Assembly: GCA_964433755.1 (NCBI GenBank)
Contig: CAYSSR010000005.1
Coordinates: 77,568 to 141,567, forward strand
DNA from: an uncultured Anaerolineales bacterium
GTDB lineage: Bacteria > Chloroflexota > Anaerolineae > UBA7937 > B3-Chlor
Length of the DNA: 64,000 bases
Direction: 5' to 3'
Below are positions 29,307-38,043 of the stretch, in pieces; position 1 is the stretch's first letter, and the number at the start of each line of letters is the position of its first letter. The position numbers and the translations under genes are program-made. The notes beneath the pieces were generated by a model. That model was not told where the DNA came from and did no database searches. It was given only the letters and a program-made list of their open reading frames with translations.

Positions 29307-31789
29307 ATCAGGAACTTGACTTGGCTCCCAAACGGGAGCCCTTTCGTGGCTTGACCGCGGCTCAAGTCGTGGAACAGCGGCGCGAGTATGGAGAGAACGT
29401 TCTTCCGTCCACCAAAGGACAGTCCGTTTGGTCCATCCTTTTCTGCCAGTTCAAGAGCCCTCTCGTGTACATCATCCTAATAGCAGCTGCCATCTCCTTC
29501 GTGGCCGGAGAGTACAGTGACTTTGGCATCATCATGGCCGTCGTTGTCACAGATGTCGTCCTGGGCTTTGTCCAGGAATATCAGGCGCACCGAACCTATA
29601 CGGCTCTAAAGGGTCTGCTGAAGCCAACGACAACTGTGATCCGTGATGGTGCCCGCGAGGAGATCGACATCCGCGAACTGGTCCCTGGCGATCTGGTTGT
29701 GCTCAGCGCCGGGGAGCACGTGCCGGGAGACGGCGAGATCGTCGAGAGCACGAAACTGGCCGCGGATGAAGCCATCCTGACGGGGGAGAGCGAGCCGGTC
29801 AACAAGGGCACAGCGTCCGATCAGAACCAGGTCTACATGGGCACAACCATAGTGACGGGACGCGGATTGGCGTGCATGACCCACACCGGGTCCGACACGT
29901 CACTGGGGCAGATTGCCTCCAGCTTGCAGGAACACCCGCAGGAAGAGACTCCTCTGCAGGTGCGGCTACGCACATTCAGCCGCACTCTGACGTACCTTGT
30001 CTCCGGCATCACCCTGGTCATCCTGGTCACCGGGCTGATCACGGGCCGCCCCTTCCTGGATATGCTGCGCGTATCCATCGTCCTGGCCATCGCTGCCGTG
30101 CCGGAGGGCTTGTTGATTGCCGTGACCGTAATCCTGGTCCTGGGGATGCGCAAAATCCTGAGGCGCAACGGACTGGTCAAGAAGCTGCTGGCCGTCGAGA
30201 CCCTGGGTTCCGTGACCGTGATTTGCACCGATAAGACCGGAACGCTGACCGAAGGCCGCATGCGGGTTACGCGAAGCAACTCTCTCGACCGCGAGCGTAC
30301 CCTGGAGACCATGGCCCTGTGCAACAACCTGGAAGGGCCGGTGGACATCGCCCTGTGGGAATACGCCAGGGCACAACTTGCCAGAGACCCGCAAGACCTG
30401 GCGGATGCTTCTGAACGCTTGGCGGAGGATCTCTTTACGAGTGAAACCAAGTTTATGATCACCGCGACCCGCTTCAACGGTGATGCCTACGACTACTTGA
30501 AAGGTGCGCCAGAGATAGTGCTCGGGATGTGCCAGACTGACCCATCCGAGCGCGACGACATTCTGTCGCAGGTGGATGAGTGGGCCAGCGAGGGATTACG
30601 GTTGCTTGGCCTTGCCTACCGCCCGCATGGACCGCTCGGAGATCGTGGTGGCTACACCTGGATCGGACTGATCGGCATGGAGGATCCCATCCGTGAAGGT
30701 GTCACAGAGGCCGTACGGGTCGCACAGCGAGCGGGGATCAAGGTCAAAATGATCACAGGCGATTATCGTCGCACGGCTGAGCGGATCGCCGCCAACGTCG
30801 GTCTCCTTGTAGATGAGGGTCAGATCGTGGAAGGGCACGAGCTGACCGCATTGGACGATGGGCAACTGATGGATCTGGTGGGCAAGACGGCTGTCTTCGC
30901 TCGGATTCGCCCGCAGGACAAGCTGCGTATCGTCCGTGCGTTGCAGGCACGTGGTGAGATCACAGCTATGATCGGCGATGGAGTGAACGATGCTCCTGCT
31001 CTACAGCGGGCAGACATCGGCGTTGTCGTCGGCAGCGCCACCGACGTCGCCAAGGAGACCGCCGACCTGATCCTACTCGACAACAACTTCCGAACGATAG
31101 TGGCAGCCGTGGAAGAGGGGCGAGTGATCTTTGAGAACATCCGTAAGGTGGTGGGGTACGTCCTTTCCAACTCCTTTGCCGAGGTCTTGGCGATCTTTGG
31201 GGCGATGTTGCTGGGTTGGCCCGCGCCGCTGCTGGTGGCGCAGATCCTGTGGATTCACCTGATCTGCGACGGTCCGGCCGACATCATGCTGGGCTTCGAG
31301 CCAAGAGAGTATGGCATCATGGACGAGAAACCCAAGTCGCTCCACGAACCGATCTTGACGCAACTGGGGCTGTCGCTCATCGGCGTGATCAGCGTCAGCA
31401 GCTCCATCGCGGCCCTGTTCCTGTTCGGTTACTTCCTCACGGCGCAGGGCGATCCAGCTCTGGGTAGGAGCTACGTGTTTGCCACCTTTGCGGTCAACTC
31501 CATGATCTACATCTTTGGCTACCGGAGCATGCGTCGATCCATCCTCCACAGTGGCAGCCCGATGCGGAACAAGCCTCTGGTTGTCGCGGTGGTAGCCGGC
31601 TTGCTCTTGGCCTTTGTGCCTTTCGTGGTGCCTACGCTCCGCAACTTGCTGGAGCTGGCACCTCTCACCTGGGGGCAGTGGGGAGTGGTGTTTGCCATTG
31701 CCTTCTTGCTGCTCGGCGTCGTCGAGATTGGCAAGTTCGTCACCAACCAGCGTCACCCCGCGACGAGCCCCGTGCTCGGGGAGTCATAG
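29288..31789 (+). CDS. P-type cation-transporting ATPase (P2-type, Ca2+/Mg2+-like)
   Basis: Phosphorylation motif CTDKTGTLT, TGES, PEGL in TM4, hinge GDGVNDAPAL. An alternative GTG start at 29303 overlaps the upstream stop. Confidence 0.92.
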   Translation: MEGATVNQELDLAPKREPFRGLTAAQVVEQRREYGENVLPSTKGQSVWSILFCQFKSPLVYIILIAAAISFVAGEYSDFGIIMAVVVTDVVLGFVQEYQAHRTYTALKGLLKPTTTVIRDGAREEIDIRELVPGDLVVLSAGEHVPGDGEIVESTKLAADEAILTGESEPVNKGTASDQNQVYMGTTIVTGRGLACMTHTGSDTSLGQIASSLQEHPQEETPLQVRLRTFSRTLTYLVSGITLVILVTGLITGRPFLDMLRVSIVLAIAAVPEGLLIAVTVILVLGMRKILRRNGLVKKLLAVETLGSVTVICTDKTGTLTEGRMRVTRSNSLDRERTLETMALCNNLEGPVDIALWEYARAQLARDPQDLADASERLAEDLFTSETKFMITATRFNGDAYDYLKGAPEIVLGMCQTDPSERDDILSQVDEWASEGLRLLGLAYRPHGPLGDRGGYTWIGLIGMEDPIREGVTEAVRVAQRAGIKVKMITGDYRRTAERIAANVGLLVDEGQIVEGHELTALDDGQLMDLVGKTAVFARIRPQDKLRIVRALQARGEITAMIGDGVNDAPALQRADIGVVVGSATDVAKETADLILLDNNFRTIVAAVEEGRVIFENIRKVVGYVLSNSFAEVLAIFGAMLLGWPAPLLVAQILWIHLICDGPADIMLGFEPREYGIMDEKPKSLHEPILTQLGLSLIGVISVSSSIAALFLFGYFLTAQGDPALGRSYVFATFAVNSMIYIFGYRSMRRSILHSGSPMRNKPLVVAVVAGLLLAFVPFVVPTLRNLLELAPLTWGQWGVVFAIAFLLLGVVEIGKFVTNQRHPATSPVLGES

Positions 31790-31940
31790 GAGGGCAGGTC
31801 TGTGTGAGCTCCGCAAGTATCAAGGTGCGGGTGCTGGCACGGGCACGGGCCTGGAAGGTAGGAGTGGCTGTGTCGATCACGAAACACCAGCAATCACGTG
31901 GCAGCGGACGGGCCGGGCATATTCCTTGTGGCACCGCCCA

Positions 31941-32951
31941 TCACATCATGATGGGGATGGCTCTTCCGCAGGCCGGGCACGCGGTGTCCCTTAGCCGGTT
32001 CTGGAGGACGGTTAGTCCCCGCCTCTCCACCAGCAGCTCACCACAGCCGGGGCAATAGGTGTTCTCCAGCCGATGCCCGGCCACGTTGCCCAGGTACACG
32101 AACTCCAGGCCCTCTTCCTGGCCTATCTGCCACGCGTTTTCCAGCGCGCTCAGGGGTGTGGGCGGAGCGTGGAAGCGATACGCCGGGTAGTAGCCGCTGA
32201 CGTGCCAGGGCGTCTCCCGCCCCAACTCCTCGTGGATGCGTCTGGCGATTCTCCGTAGGGTTTCCTCTCGATGGTTCACACCGGGGATGACCAAGGTGGT
32301 GATCTCCAGGTGTACTCCGCGCTCCTTGGCATAGCGGCAATTGCGCCATACCTTCTCCACATCAATGCCACGGCAATGTCTTCGCACGGCCTCTGCGTCT
32401 CCCTTGATATCCACATTCATGGCGTCCAGCCCAGCGGCGGTGAGTGCGTCCAACGCCGGGGTGGTCATGTAGCCGTTGGTGACGTAGGTGTTGTACAGAC
32501 CCTGCTCCCGCGCCAGGCGGAACACCTCCAGCGACCACTCGAGCGATAGTGTGGGCTCGTTGAGGCTGATCGATGTGCCCTGACAATTGCGCGCCAGGGC
32601 TATCTGCACGAACTCGTGAGGCGAGATGTGTTTGGAAGGGCGGGGACCTGATTTGGAGATGTCCCAGTTCTGGCACCAGGGACAGCCGAAGTTGCAGCCC
32701 CAGCTCCCAGCCGTCAGGGCCACGCTGCCAGGGTAGAAATGGTGCAGGGGCTTCTTCTCGATGGGGTTGGCCGACAGGGAGGAGACCTGTCCGTAGGTGA
32801 GGGTGACCAACACACCGTCTCTATTGGTACGCGTGCGGCACCAGCCGAAAGCCCCCTCGGAGAGCAGACAGCGCCGCTCGCAGGTCAAGCAGCGGACTTT
32901 GTCACCGACCTGTTCCTGCAAGAGCGCTTCGCGGACGGATGGATCGGTCAT
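31941..32951 (-). CDS. Radical SAM enzyme, AmmeMemoRadiSam-system type (PflA-like activase family)
   Basis: Cluster motif CNFGCPWCQNW, an N-terminal CLTCERRC ... C zinc-ribbon-like segment, a C-terminal CPGCG ... CPACG, and a length of 336 aa. Confidence 0.8.
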   Translation of the reverse strand: MTDPSVREALLQEQVGDKVRCLTCERRCLLSEGAFGWCRTRTNRDGVLVTLTYGQVSSLSANPIEKKPLHHFYPGSVALTAGSWGCNFGCPWCQNWDISKSGPRPSKHISPHEFVQIALARNCQGTSISLNEPTLSLEWSLEVFRLAREQGLYNTYVTNGYMTTPALDALTAAGLDAMNVDIKGDAEAVRRHCRGIDVEKVWRNCRYAKERGVHLEITTLVIPGVNHREETLRRIARRIHEELGRETPWHVSGYYPAYRFHAPPTPLSALENAWQIGQEEGLEFVYLGNVAGHRLENTYCPGCGELLVERRGLTVLQNRLRDTACPACGRAIPIMM

Positions 32952-33005
32952 GCGTCGCGACCCGTGTCTTTGGGCAGATGGACTGGGACCCCGTCAAGGC
33001 AGCCA

Positions 33006-33611
33006 TCAGGCCGCGAGAGAACCGACCCAGCTTCTGCGCTGCTGCGACCACGGAGAGCAGGCCACGTCCACGAGCCTGAAGCTGTTGACGTCCGGAAACG
33101 AAGCGGCGCACCAGAATGTGGCCCATGGGGACAGTGACTGCGACGGGTCAACGGAGACCTCCTCCGGCTCAGCGGTGCCTGTCGGACTCAATGGTGTCCC
33201 GGAGGTGACGGTGAGCGTAGCCGTGAGCACAGGCGTCGGTGTAACCGTAGCTGAGATGACAGTGGTCGTGGTCAGGCCGTCCGTGCCGGTGATGACGACG
33301 GTGACGTTGACGCTCTCCGGCGTCGGAGTCAAGGTAGGTATGGGCCGCTGGGTCGGAGTGGGAGGCAGCGTGGCCGTAGGGGTGGCAGTGTCTCTGGGTG
33401 TCGCCACCGTGGTCGGGATCGAGGTTGGAGTGGACGTGGACGTGGGCGGGGTCTCCATGGCCACTTGGGGGACCAGGCGGGAGCGAAGAAGGTAGCTGCT
33501 GATGCCCAGGCAGTACAGAAGTAGCGCCAGGAGGGTGAAAACAGCGAGCAGGCTATAGAGTCGCTTCTCTGGGACGGCAAGCTGTCTGTAATGGCGGAAG
33601 AGACTTCTCAT
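33006..33611 (-). CDS. Membrane-anchored Thr/Pro-rich protein
   Basis: ATG at 33611, a single TM helix (LYSLLAVFTLLALLLYCLGISSYLL), then low-complexity TPT repeats. Confidence 0.55.
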   Translation of the reverse strand: MRSLFRHYRQLAVPEKRLYSLLAVFTLLALLLYCLGISSYLLRSRLVPQVAMETPPTSTSTPTSIPTTVATPRDTATPTATLPPTPTQRPIPTLTPTPESVNVTVVITGTDGLTTTTVISATVTPTPVLTATLTVTSGTPLSPTGTAEPEEVSVDPSQSLSPWATFWCAASFPDVNSFRLVDVACSPWSQQRRSWVGSLAA

Positions 33612-33670
33612 GGGCAAGACCGTCTCTGATCAGGGCTGGCAATCGGCATCATCGTCCGCAACCTCCGCGT

Positions 33671-34141
33671 CTAGCCGTCCCTCTCTCCGCTGGGGGTACC
33701 GGTGCTCGTCGGGGTGGCGGACTGGGTGGCCGTGGGCGTGTGCGTGGCAGTCTGCGATGGTGTGCTGCTCGGCGTCGGTGAAGGCGTGTATGTGGGAGTG
33801 TCGGTGGCCGTGGCCGTCGGCGTGGAGGTGAGAGTTGCCGTAAAGGTAGCGGTCTCGGTTGGTGTCTCCGTGGGCGTGGCAGTGGCTGTGCTCGTCGGTG
33901 TCGCGGTGGCGGTGGACGTTGGTATCTCAGTCGCGGTAGCGGTCCACGTCGGCGTGTGAGTGGCGGTCTCGGTTGGCGTGGCGGTGGACGTCTCAGTAGG
34001 AGTCGGCGTGAATCGGGGGGGTGCCATAGCCAGAGCGACGAAGCCCAGAACGTAGCAAGGCACGCTCACGCAGATGACGGCGAAGAGGAGGCCGTAGGTT
34101 ACCTTCCTTCGCTGTGGGAGACTGCTGTACCACTCACTCAC
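33671..34141 (-). CDS. Membrane-anchored Thr/Pro-rich protein
   Basis: GTG start, a single TM helix ([23 protein letters not shown]), then TPTxTATxTPT low-complexity sequence to the C-terminus. Confidence 0.5.
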   Translation of the reverse strand: MSEWYSSLPQRRKVTYGLLFAVICVSVPCYVLGFVALAMAPPRFTPTPTETSTATPTETATHTPTWTATATEIPTSTATATPTSTATATPTETPTETATFTATLTSTPTATATDTPTYTPSPTPSSTPSQTATHTPTATQSATPTSTGTPSGERDG

Positions 34142-34402
34142 TCTAAGCTCAGACCTGTCTCTGGTTGTGCTGCCCGATGTGCTGATCTGGACGCCACGGG
34201 CGTTTCCAGCGTACCTACCAGCCCAGCCCCTTGTCTGCCGTGCTGGGTTGCCGGCCCGTCACGGCTAGGGCTCCCGCAATCCGTGTCAGATGGTGCTTCG
34301 GCAGCGTGGGCTGGTGTTGGCCGGACTGGTGCTAGCAGGGCCGGTGCCCGTGACGCGCGCCTCGCCAGCGCCGACGTATCGTAACACCTTTCTCACTGCC
34401 GG

Positions 34403-35170
34403 TCAACCGACGGAGATCAGATCTCGCACCCGGTGGTTCAGGCTGGCGAAACGCTCGTAGTAGTAGATCTCCGTGTCGCGTGGGCGCGGCAGGTCTACGT
34501 CGACAACGGCCTGAATGTGGCCGGGGCGGGGACTCATGACCAGTACCCTATCGGCCAGGAAGATGGCCTCCTGGATGGTGTGAGTCACCATGAGCACGGT
34601 CTTGGCGGTGGCATGCCAGATGCGGAGCAACTCCAGATTCATCTGATTGCGGGTAATGGCGTCGAGGGAGCCGAAGGGCTCGTCCATGAGCAGAATCGAC
34701 GGTTCGTAGACCAGGGCCCTGGCGATAGCAACCCGCTGTTGCATCCCGCCCGACAACTCATGAGGATGGAGGTTCTCGAATCCGAGCAAGCCCACCAGCC
34801 CCAGCAACTCCATGGCTCGCTTGCGATGGTCATTGCCGTTCCTGCCCTGTACCTCCAAGGGTAGGGTGACGTTCTGGAGAACGGTGCGCCACGGCATCAG
34901 GGTGGGGTTCTGGAAGACGAATCCGATCTCGCGGCGTGGCTCGGACAGGGTCCGGCCATCGATCCGGACCCTGCCCTTCTCAGCTTGTAACAGGCCGCCC
35001 AGGATGCGCAGAAGCGTCGTCTTCCCGCAGCCGGAAGGTCCAACCAGGCTGACGAACTCTCCCTCGAAGATCTCCAGAGAGACGTCGTGGAGCGCCTTGA
35101 CTTCCCCATCGCGACTGGGGAACGTCTTGCGTATTCCTTCGGCTGCAAGCACAGGTCGCGGCACGGTCAC
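34403..35170 (-). CDS. ABC transporter ATP-binding protein (NitT/TauT family)
   Basis: Walker A GPSGCGKTT, signature LSGGMQQRVAIARAL, Walker B LLMDEPF. GTG start abutting the upstream stop. Confidence 0.92.
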   Translation of the reverse strand: MTVPRPVLAAEGIRKTFPSRDGEVKALHDVSLEIFEGEFVSLVGPSGCGKTTLLRILGGLLQAEKGRVRIDGRTLSEPRREIGFVFQNPTLMPWRTVLQNVTLPLEVQGRNGNDHRKRAMELLGLVGLLGFENLHPHELSGGMQQRVAIARALVYEPSILLMDEPFGSLDAITRNQMNLELLRIWHATAKTVLMVTHTIQEAIFLADRVLVMSPRPGHIQAVVDVDLPRPRDTEIYYYERFASLNHRVRDLISVG

Positions 35171-36157
35171 CTACGGCTCCACGATGAAATCGTTGGTGTA
35201 CATCTTCTCGACGTCAGACTCCGTTTCCGTCAGACCTGCCTGGAACATGAAGTCCTCCGACATCTCCCAGGCCGATGGATCGCAAAGGCCTAGTGTCTCG
35301 CTGTCCCAGAACTTGATGGATTCTTCGAGGACGGCCATTTGAGTGTCCCTGTTCTCGCCGCCTGCCTCCGGCACGTACTCGAGGCAGATCTCGAAGGCTT
35401 CCTCGGGAGCATCTATCGTGTCGCGTAGTCCGCGCAGCGCCGCTCGCACGAGGCTGGCAACCAATTCCGGCCGCTCCGCAATGGTCTTCTCGTTGGTGAT
35501 GATGCCGTTGGAGACCAGATTCATGTAGTCGGCCACGTAGAGGATGTTCAAATCGTATCCAGCCTGGCGTAGTTGCACCGGCTCGTTGGCTCCGTAGACG
35601 ACGGCGGCATCTATACGACCCTCCGTAAGGCTGGCCACTTGAGTGTAGCCGATGAACTCGATCGGTATTTCTTCCTCGTCGATGCCTGTGGCGTACAGAA
35701 GGGCTAGCCAGCCGTTGTAGCTCGCTCCCGGCGCGGGGATGCCCACAGAGTGGCCGATGAGGTCGGCTGGCTCCTCCAAAGGCAGGTCCTCGAGGGAGAC
35801 GACGGCGACGGGGAACCTGTGGAAATAGGTCATCACGTACACCACTGGGAGACCCTGACTCCGCGCGAGGATCACCTGGTCGCCGCTACCTACGGCAAAC
35901 TGGAGGGCATCGGCACCGACCAGGTTGAGTAGGTCCGTCTCCATGCCGTAGTCGAACTCGATCTCCAGGTTCTCGTCGGCGAAGTAGCCCTTGTTGAGGG
36001 CCACATAGAAGGGCGTGAACTGGACGTTGGGGATGTACCCCATAGCCAGGGTGACCTTCTCGGGTGGAGATGTGGGTGTGGGAGCGGCGCCACCACTGCT
36101 ACAGCCGCTCAGGGCCAAGCCGTACAGCGCAAGCATGATCAAGACAAGCTTCTTCAA
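35171..36157 (-). CDS. ABC transporter substrate-binding lipoprotein (NMT1/THI5-SsuA-like)
   Basis: TTG start after GGAGAG, lipobox LALSGC, and the block TLAMGYIPNVQFTPFYVA typical of NMT1/SsuA/ThiY-type binding proteins. Confidence 0.85.
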   Translation of the reverse strand: MKKLVLIMLALYGLALSGCSSGGAAPTPTSPPEKVTLAMGYIPNVQFTPFYVALNKGYFADENLEIEFDYGMETDLLNLVGADALQFAVGSGDQVILARSQGLPVVYVMTYFHRFPVAVVSLEDLPLEEPADLIGHSVGIPAPGASYNGWLALLYATGIDEEEIPIEFIGYTQVASLTEGRIDAAVVYGANEPVQLRQAGYDLNILYVADYMNLVSNGIITNEKTIAERPELVASLVRAALRGLRDTIDAPEEAFEICLEYVPEAGGENRDTQMAVLEESIKFWDSETLGLCDPSAWEMSEDFMFQAGLTETESDVEKMYTNDFIVEP

Positions 36158-36179
36158 CTTCGAATACTCTCCTTTCTTC

Positions 36180-37013
36180 TTACTTGACCCGGCGCCACGA
36201 CAGGAGCCGGCTCTCGAGCAGAACCACACAACCGTACAGACTCAACGCGATGACCACGAGCGCAAACAGAGCTACGAACATCATGGGGGTGTCGAAGAGG
36301 CCCCTGGAGAGGTTGACTAGGAAGCCAAGACCCTCATCCGCCGCCACGAACTCGCCGACCACCGCGCCTATGACCGACAGGGTGACGCCTATCTTGAGGC
36401 CGCCCAGCAGCACGGGGAGGGCGGCAGGGATCTCCAACATGGTGATCATCTGCCGCCGCGTAGCTCCATACGAACGCATCAGATCGACCAGGTTCTCGTC
36501 CACCGAACGGAGGCCGACGATGGTGTTGATGAGCACAGGGAAGAAGACGGTCAGCGCGCAGACGATGACCTTGGAGAGAGTGCCAAAGCCAAACCATATC
36601 ACCAGCAGTGGGGCCAAAGCGACGATGGGTATAGACTGAGAGGCCACGATGTAGGGCGAGATCAGCCGCTCGATGGGCTTAGACTTGGCGAAGACGTACC
36701 CCAGCGAGGTGGCTACCGAGAGCCCGAGCGCCAGTCCGACAAGCACCTCTCTCACAGTTGCCCAGGCGTGATGGAGGAGCGTGCCGTCGGAGAGGGCTAC
36801 GAGAAACTTCCGGTACACGACCATGGGTGCAGGAAGGAGGAAGGTAGGGTACGAGCCCAAGGTGACCAGGAGTTGCCACAGGCCCAGGAAGATGAGGAGG
36901 GCCGGCGGCGCCAGCAGATACGCGTGGTACCTCTCAGGGACTCTGGCCAAGGTCCTCCTCACCGCTCGAGTGCCCCTGGCGAGCACCCCGGCCGTGGCTG
37001 GCGAATCGGCCAT
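36180..37013 (-). CDS. ABC transporter permease (NitT/TauT family)
   Basis: Six TM segments and an EAA-like loop (DLMRSYGATRRQMITMLEIPAALP). The start at ATG 37013 is uncertain. Confidence 0.85.
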   Translation of the reverse strand: MADSPATAGVLARGTRAVRRTLARVPERYHAYLLAPPALLIFLGLWQLLVTLGSYPTFLLPAPMVVYRKFLVALSDGTLLHHAWATVREVLVGLALGLSVATSLGYVFAKSKPIERLISPYIVASQSIPIVALAPLLVIWFGFGTLSKVIVCALTVFFPVLINTIVGLRSVDENLVDLMRSYGATRRQMITMLEIPAALPVLLGGLKIGVTLSVIGAVVGEFVAADEGLGFLVNLSRGLFDTPMMFVALFALVVIALSLYGCVVLLESRLLSWRRVK

Positions 37014-37049
37014 CTCTCGCGATGGTTCTATGGTGTCGGTTCTCACGTT

Positions 37050-37082
37050 AAACAAAAGCCCCGAAGGTTGTGCCTTCGGGAC
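37050..37082 (-). terminator. Intrinsic terminator at the 3' end of the structured leader RNA
   Basis: On the minus strand: a 10 bp stem gucccgaagg / ccuucggggc with loop cacaa, followed by UUUUGUUU. It lies 37 nt upstream of the permease ATG. Confidence 0.75.
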
Positions 37083-37299
37083 AGTCTCTCGCAGAAACAG
37101 GGAAAACTCCACGTTTCCCGGCCTGCTAACCTTCTCCCGTCCGGACTATACCGTCGGCCCTGGCTTCTCACCAGATCTGCTTTGCAGCTCGCGGGCTCGG
37201 CACCAGCCAATGGTGCCACACCGCCGATCGGGAATTGGCCTCCAAAGGAGACCTCACCCTGCCCCGAAGGTTTTGCTTATTCGCTATTCTAAGCTACCA
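37050..37299 (-). ncRNA. Unclassified structured RNA (candidate riboswitch or leader, or stand-alone sRNA) of about 250 nt
   Basis: Bounded by a consensus promoter and an intrinsic terminator, with no AUG inside. Several GC-rich hairpins are present (GGUCUCC-UUU-GGAGGCC, GGCACC-7nt-GGUGCC, GGGAAA-8nt-UUUCCC). The 5' segment CCUUCGGGG can pair with the 5' arm of the terminator, giving an antiterminator geometry. Confidence 0.55.
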
Positions 37300-38043
37300 A
37301 ATATGAGTATACGCAAGTTGGGCATTTTTGTCAAGTGCTGGCCCTACAGAGAACACCGGCCCGTCCTTGCACACCAACAGGCCGTTCCTCTCGCAAGAGC
37401 CGCACACGCCCATCCCGCATCTCATGTACGCCTCCTTGCTCAGTTGGCCCGGTATGCCATGCTGCTGGCAGAGGCGTTCCAGCCTATCCAGCATGCCCTC
37501 TGGTCCGCACCCGTAGAGTACGTCGAAGTCTTCTTGGGCCAGCAGTGTCTCTGCAACGTCGGTACAGACTCCACCATGTCCGGCGGAGCAGTCCTCCGTG
37601 ACCAGGATAGTCTCACACCCGGCCTGGGCCAGACGGTCTTCGAAGAACAGATCGCCCTTGGTCCCGGCGCCGATGACAGCTACCTTGCGCCGGGCCTCTG
37701 TGGCTCTGGCAGCGAGGAAGGCCAGGGGCGCGACCCCGTAGCCCCCTCCCGCCAGAAGCATCCGGTCGCCGACGAGGTCGAAGCCGCGACCCAGAGGACC
37801 ACGGAGCCACAGGTGGTCTCCGGCCTCGAGCTCGTGCAGCCGGCTGCTGAAGGGACCCACGCTGGCTACAGTCAGGGTGACGGGATCGTCGTCGACCAGA
37901 CTGAAAGGCTTCTCGTCGAACCCGGGCAGCCAGACCAAGACGAACTGTCCTGGCTCGGCCGGGAGCGTTCCCTCCAAGGTTAACAGCTTGACGGTTGGGG
38001 TGAGCTTGGCTGTGTAGACGAGTTTCAGTCGCTGTGGGAGCAT
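37294..38043 (-). CDS. pyrK: Dihydroorotate dehydrogenase electron-transfer subunit (PyrK-like, FAD/2Fe-2S)
   Basis: Ferredoxin-reductase-like fold motifs (GQFV ... PFS, GGGYGVAPL) and a C-terminal cluster motif MRCGMGVCGSC. ATG at 38043. Confidence 0.8.
   Translation of the reverse strand: MLPQRLKLVYTAKLTPTVKLLTLEGTLPAEPGQFVLVWLPGFDEKPFSLVDDDPVTLTVASVGPFSSRLHELEAGDHLWLRGPLGRGFDLVGDRMLLAGGGYGVAPLAFLAARATEARRKVAVIGAGTKGDLFFEDRLAQAGCETILVTEDCSAGHGGVCTDVAETLLAQEDFDVLYGCGPEGMLDRLERLCQQHGIPGQLSKEAYMRCGMGVCGSCERNGLLVCKDGPVFSVGPALDKNAQLAYTHIW
37306..37334 (-). promoter_or_regulatory. Consensus sigma70-like promoter inside the 3' end of pyrK, driving the structured RNA and ABC operon
   Basis: On the minus strand: TTGACA, 17 nt spacer, TATACT. 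The predicted TSS is near 37299, at the pyrK stop codon. Confidence 0.65.

Noticed and set aside
33150-34000. Possible tandem repeat or CRISPR-like periodicity in ACNCCNAC-rich DNA (also 25430-25700 and 51650-51900)
   Set aside because: The repeats are irregular in length, lack spacers of unique sequence, and lie in frame within Thr/Pro-rich coding regions. They are low-complexity coding sequence, not arrays.
37050-37299. Assignment of the structured RNA to TPP, cobalamin, SRP (Alu-domain type), guanidine-I, M-box or T-box classes
   Set aside because: Each comparison from memory gives only partial, order-inconsistent matches:
- no CUGAGA or pyrophosphate-helix consensus for TPP
- a B12-box-like AGCCAGG in the wrong position for cobalamin
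- no GGAA-tetraloop domain IV consensus for SRP

The RNA is left unclassified pending cmscan.
36781-37983. 400 aa plus-strand ORF
   Set aside because: It runs antisense across the ABC permease start, the structured RNA and pyrK. The composition is Arg/Pro/Ser-rich, and the opposite strand has recognisable genes.
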